Shown: positions 63,117 through 64,000 of the stretch, piece after piece
Position numbering within the stretch: the stretch's first letter is position 1
Layout of the letters: each line of letters starts with the position of its first letter
DNA from: Octopus sinensis
Taxonomy: Eukaryota
Assembly (NCBI RefSeq): GCF_006345805.1
Contig: NC_043007.1
Location: 48,794,001 to 48,858,000 of the forward strand
DNA: 64,000 bases
Direction of reading: 5' to 3'
Position numbers and translations under genes: made by a program
The notes under the pieces: generated by a model
What the model was told of the DNA's origin: nothing
The model's database searches: none
Seen by the model: the letters and a program-made list of their open reading frames with translations, nothing else

Positions 63117-64000
63117 GGAGCCTTCCACCCTAAGAGTGACACTGATAAGCTATACTTGTCTAGAAGAAAGGGTGGGGGAGGTTTGATCAGTTGCCAGGAT
63201 TGTATCAAAGCAGAGGAAAACAGCTTAGGGTGGTATGTAAAAAATGCTGTGGCACCATTGTTGAAATGTGCAAAGAAGGCTGGCATCATTAAAACTGAGA
63301 ATTGTGTAAACAAAAAGAAGTAAAGAGACCAAAAAAGAAACAGCTTGGAAGGAAAAGAATGTATCACCAGTTTGTAAGAGATACAAACTCCAAGACAGAT
63401 ACAGAAGACCAGTGGCTATGGATGAGGAGGAGTGACCTGAAGATAGAGACAGAAGCACTTATATGCACAGCACAAGAACAAGTGTTAAGGACTAACAATG
63501 TAAAGTGCAGAATTGACAACACTACCAACAGCAACAAATGCAGAATTGGTGGGAGGGGTGAAATGGTATGACACATTGTTAGTAAATGCCTGAAATTGGC
63601 ACAATGTGAATACAATAGATGATATGACAATGCAACAAGAATGATACATTGAGAGCTCTGTAGAAATCACAGCCTATGAAGAGCAAAGACGTAAGTATGA
63701 GCAAACCCAGAGGGAGTCACTTAGAATGAAAATTGCAAAATCCTGTGGGATGCAATGATTCAGTGTAATCATATGACCAGACATCATAAACCGTACATTG
63801 TCATAGTGAAAAAAAGGAAGAACATGCATGACAATAGACATAGCATGTCCTGGTGACAACAAGATCACAGAGAAAGAAGAACAAAAACTGAACAACTACG
63901 ATGATTTGAAGTGGTAAATAACAAGGTTGTGATCAATGAGGAGAGTAGACATGGTACCAATAGTAACTGGCACACTTAGAAGTATCAGCATTCAACTAAC
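63117..64000 (+). mobile_element. 5'-truncated R4/Dong-like element (C-terminal zinc knuckle and RLE region)
   Basis: LYLSRRKGGGGL, ETEALICTAQEQ, KCRI...HIVSKC, KILWD, IDIACPGD; begins just after (TAA)n. Confidence 0.88.

Overview
Repeat-rich, AT-rich animal genomic DNA. The repeat complement ((CAT)n-tailed RTE LINEs, tRNA-derived SINEs, dense microsatellites) suggests an octopus; this is inference. Two convergent multi-exon genes were reconstructed by hand with consistent splice phases. The first is the 3' half of a KLHDC2/KLHDC1-like kelch C-degron receptor (+ strand, 7 clear exons at 719-12972, uncertain tail to ~17.7 kb). The second is 12 exons of PPP1R36 (- strand, 62226 down to the stop at 25878; 5' end beyond the window). 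Introns and the intergenic region hold decayed RTE, R4/Dong-like and CR1 LINEs, SINEs, mariner, maT/Tc1-like, piggyBac, a hAT MITE and non-autonomous Helitrons. Nearly all ORFs in the supplied track are spurious or TE fragments. The main unexplained signal is about ten type I hammerhead-ribozyme-like motifs (stem I-CYGANGA-stem II-GAAA-palindromic stem III-UH-stem I) of the Penelope/retrozyme type. Two sets occur as head-to-head pairs forming 270-330 bp foldbacks inside PPP1R36 introns. One copy (57534-57624) has an intact core, is sense to the pre-mRNA, and is transcribed just after its own antisense arm.
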